Source of the DNA: Verrucomicrobiia bacterium
GTDB taxonomy: Bacteria; Verrucomicrobiota; Verrucomicrobiia; Limisphaerales; DASXHY01
Reading direction: 5' to 3'
Assembly (NCBI GenBank): GCA_035629175.1
Contig: DASPIL010000073.1
Location: 3,575 to 67,574 of the forward strand
Length of the DNA: 64,000 nucleotides
Shown here one piece after another: positions 19,278-29,039 of this stretch. Position numbers and translations under genes: made by a program. How positions within the stretch are numbered: the first letter of the stretch is position 1; every line of letters starts with the position of its first letter. The notes under the pieces are model-generated. The model was given only the letters and a program-made list of their open reading frames with translations, was not told where the DNA came from and did not search any database.

Positions 19278-20015
19278 ATGGGACAAACAAAACAAAAGTT
19301 AGCACTCGGGAAGGCGGCGTTGGGAGGCTGGATCATGATCGGGCATCCATCGGTGGCAGAGATCATGGCGGGGGAAGGTTTTGACTGGATCGCGGTCGAC
19401 CTGGAACACACCAGCACAAGTCTGCACGATCTCCAGGCGATTGCGATGGCCCTGAAAGGCAGTGAGTGCGATCTGCTGGTGCGGCTGCATTCGTGTGACG
19501 CGGTTCAAGCCAAGCTGGTGCTCGATATTGGGGCTGATGGAATCATTGTGCCGGCGGTGAACACACCGGCGCAGGCAGCACAGGCGGCAGCCATTGCGCG
19601 ATTTCCGCCGGAGGGCATTCGAGGGACGTCGTTGTGCCGAGCCACGGATTTTGGACGCAACTTCAAAGACTATTTTGAGCAACACAACCGAAAAGTGATC
19701 GTGGTGGTGATGCTGGAGAATCATGTGGGAGTAGCGCAGGCTGATGCGATTCTGTCCACGCCAGGAGTGGATGCGGCCTTTATCGGGCCGTACGATTTGT
19801 CGGCCTCGATGGGTTTGGCCGGCCAGTTGGAGCATCCGGATGTCCTGGCGGCGCAACAGAAGGTATTGGCTGCGTGTGTTCGGCATGGCGTCGCGCCGGG
19901 AATCCATGTGGTCTCAACCAATCCTGACGACCTGAAACAGTGCGTTGACGAGGGATTCCGGTTTGTCGCGTGCAGTCTCGATACACTTTTCATCCAACAG
20001 GGTTGCCGCAAGATG
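19278..20015 (+). repeat. Inverted-duplication arm 1 (738 bp)
   Basis: Manual alignment to the reverse complement of 40686-41423 gave 49 mismatches and no indels (about 93 percent identity). Identical runs reach about 100 nt (for example 19716-19819). Confidence 0.85.
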
Positions 20016-20117
20016 CTGGGAGGGGCTTCGGTCAGCGCAATTCACCCTGCGTCCAACGGTCAGGGTAATCGTTCTTTTTCATCCTCTGCAGTTCCATGCT
20101 TGAAACTCTTGTCGTAA
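19278..20117 (+). CDS. HpcH/HpaI-family aldolase, copy A (candidate 2-keto-3-deoxy-L-fuconate/rhamnonate-type aldolase)
   Basis: GFDWIAVDLEHTS, LLVRLHS, RFPPEGIRG, MLENHVGV and FIGPYDLS blocks. The track start at 19212 is trimmed to the ATG at 19278. A near-identical paralog lies at 40560-41423. Confidence 0.85.
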   Translation: MGQTKQKLALGKAALGGWIMIGHPSVAEIMAGEGFDWIAVDLEHTSTSLHDLQAIAMALKGSECDLLVRLHSCDAVQAKLVLDIGADGIIVPAVNTPAQAAQAAAIARFPPEGIRGTSLCRATDFGRNFKDYFEQHNRKVIVVVMLENHVGVAQADAILSTPGVDAAFIGPYDLSASMGLAGQLEHPDVLAAQQKVLAACVRHGVAPGIHVVSTNPDDLKQCVDEGFRFVACSLDTLFIQQGCRKMLGGASVSAIHPASNGQGNRSFSSSAVPCLKLLS

Positions 20118-21121
20118 CGGAGAATGAATACCGAAAGGGAGAGGAAACTTTCCGGCGATGCAGTTCCTTCAGAACGGTCCGGTCTCCCGACGACGAAGCG
20201 AGTCTCGCGTCAGTTGTTCAAAACGAAAATGCACGGGCCGTGATTGTAGGCGTGGGGCGCTACACTGGACCGTTGTATTCTGCGCTACAAATCGGCGGAC
20301 AAAAGCAAGGCTCGCTGATCATAAGGTTTGGAGTTGGTCATGATGGCGTGAACAAAGCCCTTGCACGACAAGCCGGGATCGCCGTTTGCAACACGCCGGG
20401 AACGTTAGACATAAGTGTGGCGGAGCACGTCTTGTGGCTCATGGGATGTCTTGCCCGGAGGATTCCCCAGGCCGAAGCAGCGTTGCGCGCTGGGAATTTT
20501 CAGTGTGCCGCCGGCAGTGAGTTGAGCGGCAAACGGCTTGGCATTGTGGGTTTTGGACGGATTGGCCGCCGCGTTGCCCGCATAGCGCACTATGGCTTTG
20601 GAATGAAAGTTTGGGCGGCAAACTCGACGGGCGTTGCCCGGTTGGAGCAGGTCGAGAAATGCAGCCTGGCGGAAATTCGCCAGAGGTACGGCCTCGAGCG
20701 GTATGTAGAGCGGATTGAGGAACTCATGGCTGAATGCGATTACGTGACGATTCATCTCCCGTCCAATGTCTCGACGCGGCAGTTCATCAATGCGCCGACA
20801 CTGGCCTTGATGAAGCCAGCGGCATGTCTGATCAACACCGCGCGGGGCGGGGTGCTGGACGAAGCCGCGCTTTACGACGCGCTCGCCGAAGGCCGCATTG
20901 GGGGCGCTGCTCTTGATGTGTTTGAGTGTGAGCCCTATCAGCCGTCACCGGGGAAGGATCTGCGTCAGCTGGACAACGTTGTCCTCACGCCGCATATCGG
21001 TTCCAACACACAGGAGGCAAATCAGCGCATGGCCGCTGCCTGCCTGACGAATGCGCAACATTTTTTCGCGGGCCAGTTGGATCAGTTGACGCGTGTAGAT
21101 CTGCCTGAGTTACCGCCGTGA
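20096..21121 (+). CDS. D-isomer-specific 2-hydroxyacid dehydrogenase family protein
   Basis: NAD-binding GIVGFGRIGRRVA, catalytic-region NTARGGVLDEAAL and TPHIGS. It overlaps the aldolase tail by 22 nt. Confidence 0.8.
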   Translation: MLETLVVTENEYRKGEETFRRCSSFRTVRSPDDEASLASVVQNENARAVIVGVGRYTGPLYSALQIGGQKQGSLIIRFGVGHDGVNKALARQAGIAVCNTPGTLDISVAEHVLWLMGCLARRIPQAEAALRAGNFQCAAGSELSGKRLGIVGFGRIGRRVARIAHYGFGMKVWAANSTGVARLEQVEKCSLAEIRQRYGLERYVERIEELMAECDYVTIHLPSNVSTRQFINAPTLALMKPAACLINTARGGVLDEAALYDALAEGRIGGAALDVFECEPYQPSPGKDLRQLDNVVLTPHIGSNTQEANQRMAAACLTNAQHFFAGQLDQLTRVDLPELPP

Positions 21122-21172
21122 CTTCGACGTTAAGGCTCCCTTTTGAATGTGATAACTATTTACAGGATCGTG

Positions 21173-23050
21173 ATGACCATGAAAAGAGTTGTTCCGGCAA
21201 TAATCCTTAGCCTGTGGCTGCTTCCAGTCCTAGGTGCGGTTGCTGCCATTCCCGCGGCGAACCGTGCCGCGCCTGCGGATCTGGACGCCCGGAATATTCG
21301 AACAGGCATGATGATTCGGGACTGGGGCTACAGCGATCAACCGTTCGTGGTGATCGCAAAGGATGGCTCGTGGATTTGTTCCATCACGACGTGCGCGACC
21401 CGTGAAGGCGATGCTGGCCAGACGATCACCGTTTGTCGCAGTGAAGACAAAGGCAGGACGTGGACTGACTTCAAGAATCTTGAACCGGACAGCGGGCCCG
21501 TTGCGTCATGGGCGCTGCCGTTCATCAGCTCCACCGGCCGCATCTACATCTTCTACACCTATAACGTGGACGGTCTCACCAATATGATCACCGAGCCGGG
21601 TTCTGAAAAGCATGCCTCGCGGGTGGATACCCTGGGTGCGATGATGTTTCGGTTTTCCGATGACAACGGGCGCACGTGGAGTCTCAACCGTTATCGTGTT
21701 CCGATTCGTAACTTCGATATTGACCGGCGCAATCCCTATGGAGGGCGAATCCAGTATTGGTGGGGCGTTGGCAAACCGATCCTCCACCAGGGGAATGCGT
21801 ACATTGGTTTCGCAAAAGTCGGCAGTTTCGGCGAAGGGTTCATGGCCGAGTCTGAAGGCGCATTTATTTGCAGCACGAACCTGAACACCGAGTTGGATCC
21901 CGAGAAGCTCCATTGGATCACACTTCCAGACGGTGACGTCGGCCTGCGACCCGCCGCCGGAAAAATCGGTGACGAGCACAATCTGGTGGGCCTGAGTGAC
22001 GGTTCCCTGTTCTGCACCTATCGCACCGTGGCAGGCCATCCCTGTCATGCCTATAGCCGCGACGGCGGACATACATGGACGCCGCCCGCGTTCATGAATT
22101 ATGGCCCCGGCAAGCGATTGGTGAAGCATCCGCGTGCGGCGAACTTTGTGAAAAAGTTTGGCAACGGGAAATTTCTCTACTGGTTTCACAACAACGGTCT
22201 CGCGAATTACAACAGCCCGGGAAACGCCAACCGTAATCCGGCGTGGGTTCTGGGCGGCATTGAAAATGACGGGATGATCCACTGGTCGGAGCCCGAGATT
22301 CTCCTCTATGACGAGGATTCGACCGAAGGGATCAGCTATCCGGATTTTATTGAAGACGACGGCCAGATATACGTCACCGAAACGCAAAAGACAGCAGCGC
22401 GCGTTCACATCATCAACCCGAGGATCCTTGCCGGAGTCTGGGGTGAGTTGAAGCCGCTTTCGAGGAGTGCAGATCGTCAGGTGCTTGAGCTCGAGAACTG
22501 CACCGGGCAGACGGCGACAATTCCGGCCTGGCCGAGTTTTGACAAGCGGGAGCAGCACCGCGAACCGAGTGAACCGCGGTTCTCCAAGCGCGGTTCAATT
22601 TCAGTGGCGTTATCCGTCAAGTTCGATTCCGTGGCGGCGGGACAGATTCTGTTGGACAGTCGCGGGACAAATTCCCAGGGCATCACGCTGGTTACAACGG
22701 ACCGTGGGACGGTAAAAATAACGTTGTGCGACCGGCGCATCCAAACCGCTTGGGAATGTGATGCCGGGTTGCTGAAAGCCGGGCAATGGCATCAGATCGT
22801 CGCGATTGTGGATGGTGGAAGCAAAGTGATTTCATTTGTGGTGGACGGGCAGTTTTGCGATGGCGGAACCGAACGCGATTTTGGCTGGGGTTCCCTGCAT
22901 CGGGATTTCCGCCAGATTGAGGATAGTGGCACATTGCAGATTGGACCCGGGTTCAAGGGTGAAATCGGAAAGCTGCGCCTCTATCATCGCGCGCTGCTGA
23001 CCGCTGAAGCTGTTCAGTTTTGTCGGGAAGCCGCAGCTGAAATCCGGTAA
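21173..23050 (+). CDS. Secreted BNR/Asp-box sialidase-like beta-propeller with C-terminal LamG-like domain
   Basis: Asp-boxes SEDKGRTWT, SDDNGRTWS and SRDGGHTWT. The C-terminal GQWHQIVAIVDGGSKVISFVVDG is LamG-like. Signal peptide after the ATG at 21173/21179. Confidence 0.75.
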   Translation: MTMKRVVPAIILSLWLLPVLGAVAAIPAANRAAPADLDARNIRTGMMIRDWGYSDQPFVVIAKDGSWICSITTCATREGDAGQTITVCRSEDKGRTWTDFKNLEPDSGPVASWALPFISSTGRIYIFYTYNVDGLTNMITEPGSEKHASRVDTLGAMMFRFSDDNGRTWSLNRYRVPIRNFDIDRRNPYGGRIQYWWGVGKPILHQGNAYIGFAKVGSFGEGFMAESEGAFICSTNLNTELDPEKLHWITLPDGDVGLRPAAGKIGDEHNLVGLSDGSLFCTYRTVAGHPCHAYSRDGGHTWTPPAFMNYGPGKRLVKHPRAANFVKKFGNGKFLYWFHNNGLANYNSPGNANRNPAWVLGGIENDGMIHWSEPEILLYDEDSTEGISYPDFIEDDGQIYVTETQKTAARVHIINPRILAGVWGELKPLSRSADRQVLELENCTGQTATIPAWPSFDKREQHREPSEPRFSKRGSISVALSVKFDSVAAGQILLDSRGTNSQGITLVTTDRGTVKITLCDRRIQTAWECDAGLLKAGQWHQIVAIVDGGSKVISFVVDGQFCDGGTERDFGWGSLHRDFRQIEDSGTLQIGPGFKGEIGKLRLYHRALLTAEAVQFCREAAAEIR

Positions 23051-23058
23051 AAAACCCA

Positions 23059-24549
23059 ATGCCGATCCTTAGCCGCGAACCAAGGATGCTGTCAGGACCG
23101 GTAACGAGGCTGGGCGGGTCTGCTTTATTGATCTGTGTCACCGCGCTGGTGGGATTCAGTCTCAACGCAGCACCATTCCCCTTGCGCGTATGGGAAGTCG
23201 CGAAAGCCAGACCGGCGGTGCCCGGTGCCCCGAAGTACGGCGATGTCACGGTTCGCAACCTCAGGCCGCATCCTCACCGCGGAAAGAGGGCCGATCCTTA
23301 CGACACCTTCCAAATGGCCCGGGACTTTCACATTACGCGGCTGGAGTGGACTTACGGACTGGACCGAGAATTCGTTCAAAAAGCCAGGGCGATGGGGCTG
23401 ACCGTCGGGGGTGCTCTCGAAGATGCGGAAGAGGACGCAAACGGGTCGATGAAACTTGGGCGGGTTACAGGTCAGGATGGGAAATTGAAAACCCATCCGT
23501 GGTTCCATCCTGAACGGTTCGTGGGCTGCGCCAATTCACCCGAATTTCGGGCGGCCTGGCAGTATCAGGCGCGGCGTTACGTGGACGCCGGAGTCGATCT
23601 CATGCAGCAGGATGATCCGCAGATGTCTACACGCACGGCACCTCCGTTCTGCTACTGCGCCTATTGCTCGAAAGCATTTACCGCGTATCAGGAGCAGCAC
23701 GGCAGAGATGCTTCGTACGAGCAGTTCCAGCAGGAATCCATTCTTCAGTTCCATCGCGAAATGCATGGTGAATTGGACGCCTACGCGGGACGCCGGGTGC
23801 CCTTCTCCCACAACAATCTCATTGGGTTCCGGGATAAGCTGGATTGGACCGCGCCCGCATTTGATTTCATCAATGCTGAAATTGAAGGCGACCAGGTGCA
23901 TCCCGTCTCGTTGCAAAAGAAGTTGGCCGCGAGTGGCGGCATGCCCATGGTTTTTTCGTATCGCGACACTTCGGTTGCGAACAACCGCCGCGCTCTGGCG
24001 ACCCTTTATGCCGCCGGGGCCTGGATGCTGCTGCCTTGGGATGTTTACATGCCCAACAACGCACCACGCTATTTTGGCAGGGCCGAAGACTACGCGGATC
24101 TGTCCGGGTTCATTCGCGGCAACGCCCGGTTTTTGGATGGATACGAAGCGGTGACTACTGCTGGCACGGGAATGAAGGAAACGCGTTTCGGCGCAAGCAC
24201 GCCGGTTAAAATTGGAACAGGCAGTGGTGAAGCCTACGCATTTGTTCGCGCGCAGCCTGGCCAGGCCGCTCAGCCGATCGTCATTCACCTGATCGAATGG
24301 GCGTCAGTGGCCAAACCGTTCACGCTCCGGCTGCGGGTTGAGTATTTTTCCACCGGTGGGAATCTGACTGCCCGGCTTCGGTTGCCAACCGCTTATGATC
24401 CGGCGGTACACCGGATCGCCCAGGAACGTGGCGAGTTTTCGAGCCTGTGCCTCGAAACTCCGGTGACCGTCGTCCGCGAAGGTGACTTTGTGAAGTTATC
24501 GATTCCAGCTCTCAACCCGTGGGGAATCCTCGTGATTGAACATGATTAA
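23059..24549 (+). CDS. Secreted hypothetical protein (possibly glycosidase-like)
   Basis: 496-aa ORF with an N-terminal hydrophobic segment. It is tightly packed between glycan-active genes, and I see no motif I can name. Confidence 0.55.
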   Translation: MPILSREPRMLSGPVTRLGGSALLICVTALVGFSLNAAPFPLRVWEVAKARPAVPGAPKYGDVTVRNLRPHPHRGKRADPYDTFQMARDFHITRLEWTYGLDREFVQKARAMGLTVGGALEDAEEDANGSMKLGRVTGQDGKLKTHPWFHPERFVGCANSPEFRAAWQYQARRYVDAGVDLMQQDDPQMSTRTAPPFCYCAYCSKAFTAYQEQHGRDASYEQFQQESILQFHREMHGELDAYAGRRVPFSHNNLIGFRDKLDWTAPAFDFINAEIEGDQVHPVSLQKKLAASGGMPMVFSYRDTSVANNRRALATLYAAGAWMLLPWDVYMPNNAPRYFGRAEDYADLSGFIRGNARFLDGYEAVTTAGTGMKETRFGASTPVKIGTGSGEAYAFVRAQPGQAAQPIVIHLIEWASVAKPFTLRLRVEYFSTGGNLTARLRLPTAYDPAVHRIAQERGEFSSLCLETPVTVVREGDFVKLSIPALNPWGILVIEHD

Positions 24550-26380
24550 CATGCCTGCAATGAGCGCGAATAGGCGAAACCGGAGCCGAAGTTTCCGTGC
24601 CGCCGTCAGGGCAGTTCAATCCCTCTTTAGGAGCGAACCGAAAGCCGTCGGAAGAATTGCTGCACTTGCTTCGGCGATGGTTGTGACGTGTGCGGCAGCT
24701 GCGGAAGGCCAGCGCGCTCCCGCCGCCGGCGGAGAATTGCTCTACAACGGAATTCAACTGCCCAAGGAATGGCCGCCAAAGACACCGATACGCGATCGTT
24801 CGGTCAGACCTGTGCCGTACCTAATGGCGCCACCGGCGGTGATTCCCATTGATGTGGGACGCCAATTGTTCGTGGACGATTTTCTAATCGAGAAGACGGA
24901 TCTCAACCGCACGTTTCATCGCGCTCAACGTTTCGAAGACAACCCGATTCTCAAACCCGAAACCGAGCTTGAAAAGAAGGGGCCGGTGGCAACGCTGTTC
25001 AACGATGGCGTCTGGTTTGATCCCACAGATCAACTTTTTAAAATGTGGTATCACGCTGGGTGGTTTGATGGCACGGCTTACGCGACGAGCAAGGACGGAT
25101 TCAAGTGGGATCGGCCGAATCTCGATGTGGTTCCCGGCAGCAATCGTGTGTTGCCCAAGGAAGGCCATGGAAATCGCGACGGGACGGCGATCTGGCTGGA
25201 CCTCTTTGAAACCAACCCTGAGCAACGCTTCAAGATGTACATTTATGAGCGGCCCAAGGAAACCTACGGCGGCAGAATTTTCACTTCGGGCGACGGGATC
25301 CATTGGACCGACAAGGGTTTGACGCGCGTCGGCGATGGCGACAACACGACCTTCTTCTACAATCCGTTTCGGAAAAAATGGGTTTATAGCATTAGACTCT
25401 ACCGCATGGGCCGCGCCCGGGATTATTGGGAAACCGACGACATTACAAAGCCGGCCCACACGCAAACCAGCGATCATAGTCCGTGGGTCAGCGTGGATGA
25501 ACTGGATAAGCCTGACCCTGGCCTGTTGGCTCTGATGCCGAGTGCCGCAGAAATTCAGCAGGAAGCGCTGACAAACAAAACTGTCGCCGAACTAACCACA
25601 TACTACCGCAGTTTATATGGCGATCCACCGCAGCTCTATAACCTGGATGCAGTCGGTTACGAGAGCGTGATGCTGGGCGTGTTTTCAATCCTCAAAGGTC
25701 CGACCAGTTCCAAAGGCTGGAACAAGCACAAAATGGTTAAGATCAACGATCTGGAATTTGGTTACAGTCGAGACGGCTTTCATTGGGATCGGCCTGATCG
25801 AACTCCTTTCCTCTCCTCCACGCGCAAGGAGGGCGATTGGGATCGCGGGTATCTGCATACAACATCCGGAATCTGCGCGATCGTCGGCGATAAACTCTAT
25901 TTCTTTTATGGTGGCTGGTCGGGCATCGGTCCAAAGGGTCCGGATGTGTATTCCGGAGGGGCCATTGGCTTGGCGTTTCTGCGCCGAGACGGATTTGCTT
26001 CGATGGATGCCGGCGAAGAGGCGGGCTTTCTCACCACGCGGCCCGTGACGTTTCAGGGAAAACATCTTTTTGTGAATCTAAAGGCGCCGGGTGGCGAGTT
26101 GCGGGTTGAGGCTTTGGATGAACAGGGCAGGGTGATTGCGCCATTCTCAATGGATAATTGCATCGCCGTTTCTGGCGATACAACGCGTCAACGGGTTGCC
26201 TGGAAAGGAGCCAGCGATCTTTCGAAAGTGGCGGGCACGAAAGTGAGGTTTCGCTTTCAGCTTCGCTCGGGCGAGCTCTATGCGTTCTGGGTCACACCGG
26301 ATGCCGGGGGTGCGAGCTTTGGTTATGTGGCCGCCGGCGGTCCGGAGTTCAAGGGGCCGATCGATAACGGAAAACAATAG
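24542..26380 (+). CDS. Secreted beta-propeller glycoside-hydrolase-like protein with C-terminal beta-sandwich, family not assignable by eye; paralog of 47463-49274
   Basis: Shared blocks with the paralog: LYNGIQLP.WPP.TPI, VRPVPYL, IDVGRQLFVDDFLIE, FKMWY, SKDG.KW.RP, FFYNPFRKKWV, YSRDGFHWDRPDRTPFL, and a C-terminal LRVE.LDE.G.VIAPFS..NC....GD.T...VAWKG..DLS...G..VRFRF.L..GELY.FWV. Confidence 0.6.
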   Translation: MINMPAMSANRRNRSRSFRAAVRAVQSLFRSEPKAVGRIAALASAMVVTCAAAAEGQRAPAAGGELLYNGIQLPKEWPPKTPIRDRSVRPVPYLMAPPAVIPIDVGRQLFVDDFLIEKTDLNRTFHRAQRFEDNPILKPETELEKKGPVATLFNDGVWFDPTDQLFKMWYHAGWFDGTAYATSKDGFKWDRPNLDVVPGSNRVLPKEGHGNRDGTAIWLDLFETNPEQRFKMYIYERPKETYGGRIFTSGDGIHWTDKGLTRVGDGDNTTFFYNPFRKKWVYSIRLYRMGRARDYWETDDITKPAHTQTSDHSPWVSVDELDKPDPGLLALMPSAAEIQQEALTNKTVAELTTYYRSLYGDPPQLYNLDAVGYESVMLGVFSILKGPTSSKGWNKHKMVKINDLEFGYSRDGFHWDRPDRTPFLSSTRKEGDWDRGYLHTTSGICAIVGDKLYFFYGGWSGIGPKGPDVYSGGAIGLAFLRRDGFASMDAGEEAGFLTTRPVTFQGKHLFVNLKAPGGELRVEALDEQGRVIAPFSMDNCIAVSGDTTRQRVAWKGASDLSKVAGTKVRFRFQLRSGELYAFWVTPDAGGASFGYVAAGGPEFKGPIDNGKQ

Positions 26381-26602
26381 CGATTACCCACCAGCTGGAC
26401 ACACCGATGAACCTGCTTGATTGGTCACCTCAGCCGCGGCCGCGTCGGTTTCATTTACGTAACGGTGCGCCGCGGCATTCCTGCAGTTCGGGCCGGGATT
26501 CACGGTGGCCACAGGGTCGGCCGCGCCGGTGAAAAAACGATTTCGGCACGCGATTCAATCTCTCATGTCCCACACCCTCGACCCTCGTGAACCCAAAACC
26601 GC

Positions 26603-27553
26603 ATGAAAACCTATCCGTACAATCTTGTTCTCGTTGCTGCCGCGTTTATTGGCGGATTCCTCGCCGGCTGCGGTCAGAAAGCTGAACCTCCGCAGAGCAG
26701 CCAGAGTGAAGGCCGCATTTTTGGGATCTCCTTTCAAACGATGAACAATCCGTTTTTCGTCGATCTAAATGAAGGTTTGAAGCAAAGCATTGAGGCGAAT
26801 GGCGATCGACTGATTACGCTGGATGCGCAGGCGAACAGTCTCAAACAAAAGAACGACCTTTCTGACCTGATTCAGCAGCAGCCAGCCGCGATCTTTATCA
26901 ACCCCGTGAACTGGGAGGGCATCAAGGGCAGCCTCATCGAAGCGAAAAGGAAAAACGTTCCCGTTATCATTGTAGATGCGCCCGTCAGCGATCCCGATCT
27001 GGTTTTGTGCCAAGTCGCCAGCGACAATGTCGAAGCCGGCCGGCTTGCCTGCGAAGCGCTGGCCCGCTTGAAGCCAAACGCCAGAATCGTCATTCTGGCG
27101 CAATCAGTTAACAAGGCCTGCATTGATCGAGTGGAAGGGTTCAAGGCTGAAATGGCAAAGCATCCAGGCATGAAGATTCTCGGATCACAGGAGATTAAAG
27201 GCACCATTGAAACAGGCCGGCCAGTAATGCGCGACTTCCTGGGGCGCTTTCCTGATCTGGATGCAGCGTTTCCAATCAACGATCCCAGCGCGCTTGGCTG
27301 CATTTCCGCGATTGAGTCGGTTGGGAAGCTAGGGCAGGTAACCGTAGTTACGGTGGACGGTTCGCGGGAAGGGGCCGCGGCGATCCTGGCAGGAAAACTT
27401 CATTCCACCTCTGCTCAGTTTCCAAAGGAGATAGGGCGGGTCGCGGCAGAAAAAGCCTATGCCCATCTCGCGGGGAAACCGGTGGAGAAGGATGTCAAAA
27501 TCCAGGTAAAGCTGGTCACAAAAGAGAATGCCGCCGAGTTCATCCAACCTTGA
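26603..27553 (+). CDS. Sugar ABC transporter substrate-binding lipoprotein (RbsB/FrcB-like)
   Basis: Lipobox FLAGC and a periplasmic-binding-protein type I pattern (FQTMNNPFFVDLNEG..., VIIVDAPV). Confidence 0.8.
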   Translation: MKTYPYNLVLVAAAFIGGFLAGCGQKAEPPQSSQSEGRIFGISFQTMNNPFFVDLNEGLKQSIEANGDRLITLDAQANSLKQKNDLSDLIQQQPAAIFINPVNWEGIKGSLIEAKRKNVPVIIVDAPVSDPDLVLCQVASDNVEAGRLACEALARLKPNARIVILAQSVNKACIDRVEGFKAEMAKHPGMKILGSQEIKGTIETGRPVMRDFLGRFPDLDAAFPINDPSALGCISAIESVGKLGQVTVVTVDGSREGAAAILAGKLHSTSAQFPKEIGRVAAEKAYAHLAGKPVEKDVKIQVKLVTKENAAEFIQP

Positions 27554-29039
27554 AGGGGCTCCGCTCCTCAGTCTTCGAGGCATCGTCAAGCGATTTGGCG
27601 GAGTGACCGCGTTGTCCGGCGTCGACTTTGATCTCCGCGCCGGCGAAATCCACGCGTTGCTCGGCGAGAACGGCGCTGGCAAATCGACGCTGATCAAGAT
27701 TCTCGGCGGAATACACCAACCTGACTCAGGTGAGATTCAGGTGGATGGCCGACGGGCGGTCATTCACGACGTCGCCGATGCCGACCGCGCCGGCATCAGG
27801 ATGATTCATCAGGAACTTTCGCTGGCTTCGAATCTCTCCGTGGCGGAAAACATTTTTCTCGGACGCGAACCGACGCGAATGGGTTGGTTGAATCGACGAC
27901 AGCTATTCGCCGACGCTGAAGCGCTGATCAATGAATTGGATTTGCCGGAGATAGGGTCGGTGCGCACACCGGTGTCAGATCTGAGCGTGGCGCGACAGCA
28001 GATGGTGGAGATTGCCCGTGCGCTCTCTGTTAAAGCGCGGATTCTGGTTCTCGATGAACCGACAGCTTCCATATCAGAAGCCGAAACAGAAGCGTTGTTT
28101 GTGAAGCTTCGCAAGTTGTCCGGGCAGGGCGTCGGCATCATCTACATCTCACATCGACTCGAAGAGATTCAACGGCTCGCACATCGCATCACGGTTTTGA
28201 GGGACGGCCGATCGGTCGGAACGCAGTCTGCATCTGAGATGAATCAGCGGGAACTGATTCGGTTCATGGTCGGCCGGGATCTAAAGGATCACTACCCCCG
28301 GCCCGAGTGGAAACCCGGCGCCGTTGCTCTGACGGTGCGCAACCTGAGCAATTCGCGCCTCAAAGATGTGACCTTTGAGTTGCGTTATGGCGAAATCCTG
28401 GGCTTCGCCGGATTGGTTGGAGCGGGGAGAACTGAACTCGCGCGCGCCCTGTTCGGAATCGACCCATTAGATTCAGGCGAAATTCTGGTTGAAGGCAGAC
28501 GCGTCAATATTCGTTGTGTTCCCGATGCTCTCAAAGCTGGATTTGCGCTCGTGCCGGAGAATCGCAAGCAGCAGGGCCTAGTAATGACCGGTTCGGTGGC
28601 TTACAATCTGGCGCTGCCGTGGACTCAGAACTGGATCAAAGGTTGCCGTCCCAGTGCGACACGGCGAAACCAGATCGTTGCGCGGGCGATCAAAAACTTC
28701 GGCATCAGAGTTTCCGACCACGAACAGTCGATCGGCAGCCTCTCCGGCGGAAACCAGCAGAAGGTTGTGGTTGGGAAGTGGATGGAATGTCCGCCAAAAA
28801 TTCTAATTCTCGATGAACCCACCCGCGGCGTGGATGTCGGCGCGCGCGAGGAGATGTTCGGCATCATTCATCGGGTGGTGGAGCAGGGCATGGCGGTGCT
28901 CCTCATTTCTTCCGACCTGCCCGAAGTTATGAACTTGTCGCATCGCCTGGCGCTGTTTCGTGACGGACGAATCATCCGCGAGGTGCCGTCCCGGGAGATT
29001 ACCGCTGAAGAGGTCATGGGTGAGTTGACCCGGAATTGA
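27528..29039 (+). CDS. Sugar ABC transporter ATP-binding protein, duplicated ATPase (RbsA-like)
   Basis: Two ABC cassettes: GENGAGKST / LSVARQQ / LVLDEPT and GLVGAGRTE / LSGGNQQK / LILDEPTRGVD. Confidence 0.9.
   Translation: MPPSSSNLEGAPLLSLRGIVKRFGGVTALSGVDFDLRAGEIHALLGENGAGKSTLIKILGGIHQPDSGEIQVDGRRAVIHDVADADRAGIRMIHQELSLASNLSVAENIFLGREPTRMGWLNRRQLFADAEALINELDLPEIGSVRTPVSDLSVARQQMVEIARALSVKARILVLDEPTASISEAETEALFVKLRKLSGQGVGIIYISHRLEEIQRLAHRITVLRDGRSVGTQSASEMNQRELIRFMVGRDLKDHYPRPEWKPGAVALTVRNLSNSRLKDVTFELRYGEILGFAGLVGAGRTELARALFGIDPLDSGEILVEGRRVNIRCVPDALKAGFALVPENRKQQGLVMTGSVAYNLALPWTQNWIKGCRPSATRRNQIVARAIKNFGIRVSDHEQSIGSLSGGNQQKVVVGKWMECPPKILILDEPTRGVDVGAREEMFGIIHRVVEQGMAVLLISSDLPEVMNLSHRLALFRDGRIIREVPSREITAEEVMGELTRN

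Noticed and set aside
26381-26602. A GC-rich 222-bp gap upstream of the ABC transporter, examined for a box, riboswitch or small gene.
   Set aside because: I could find no YGATATATCA box, no convincing hairpin, no recognisable riboswitch core and no ORF with coding character.
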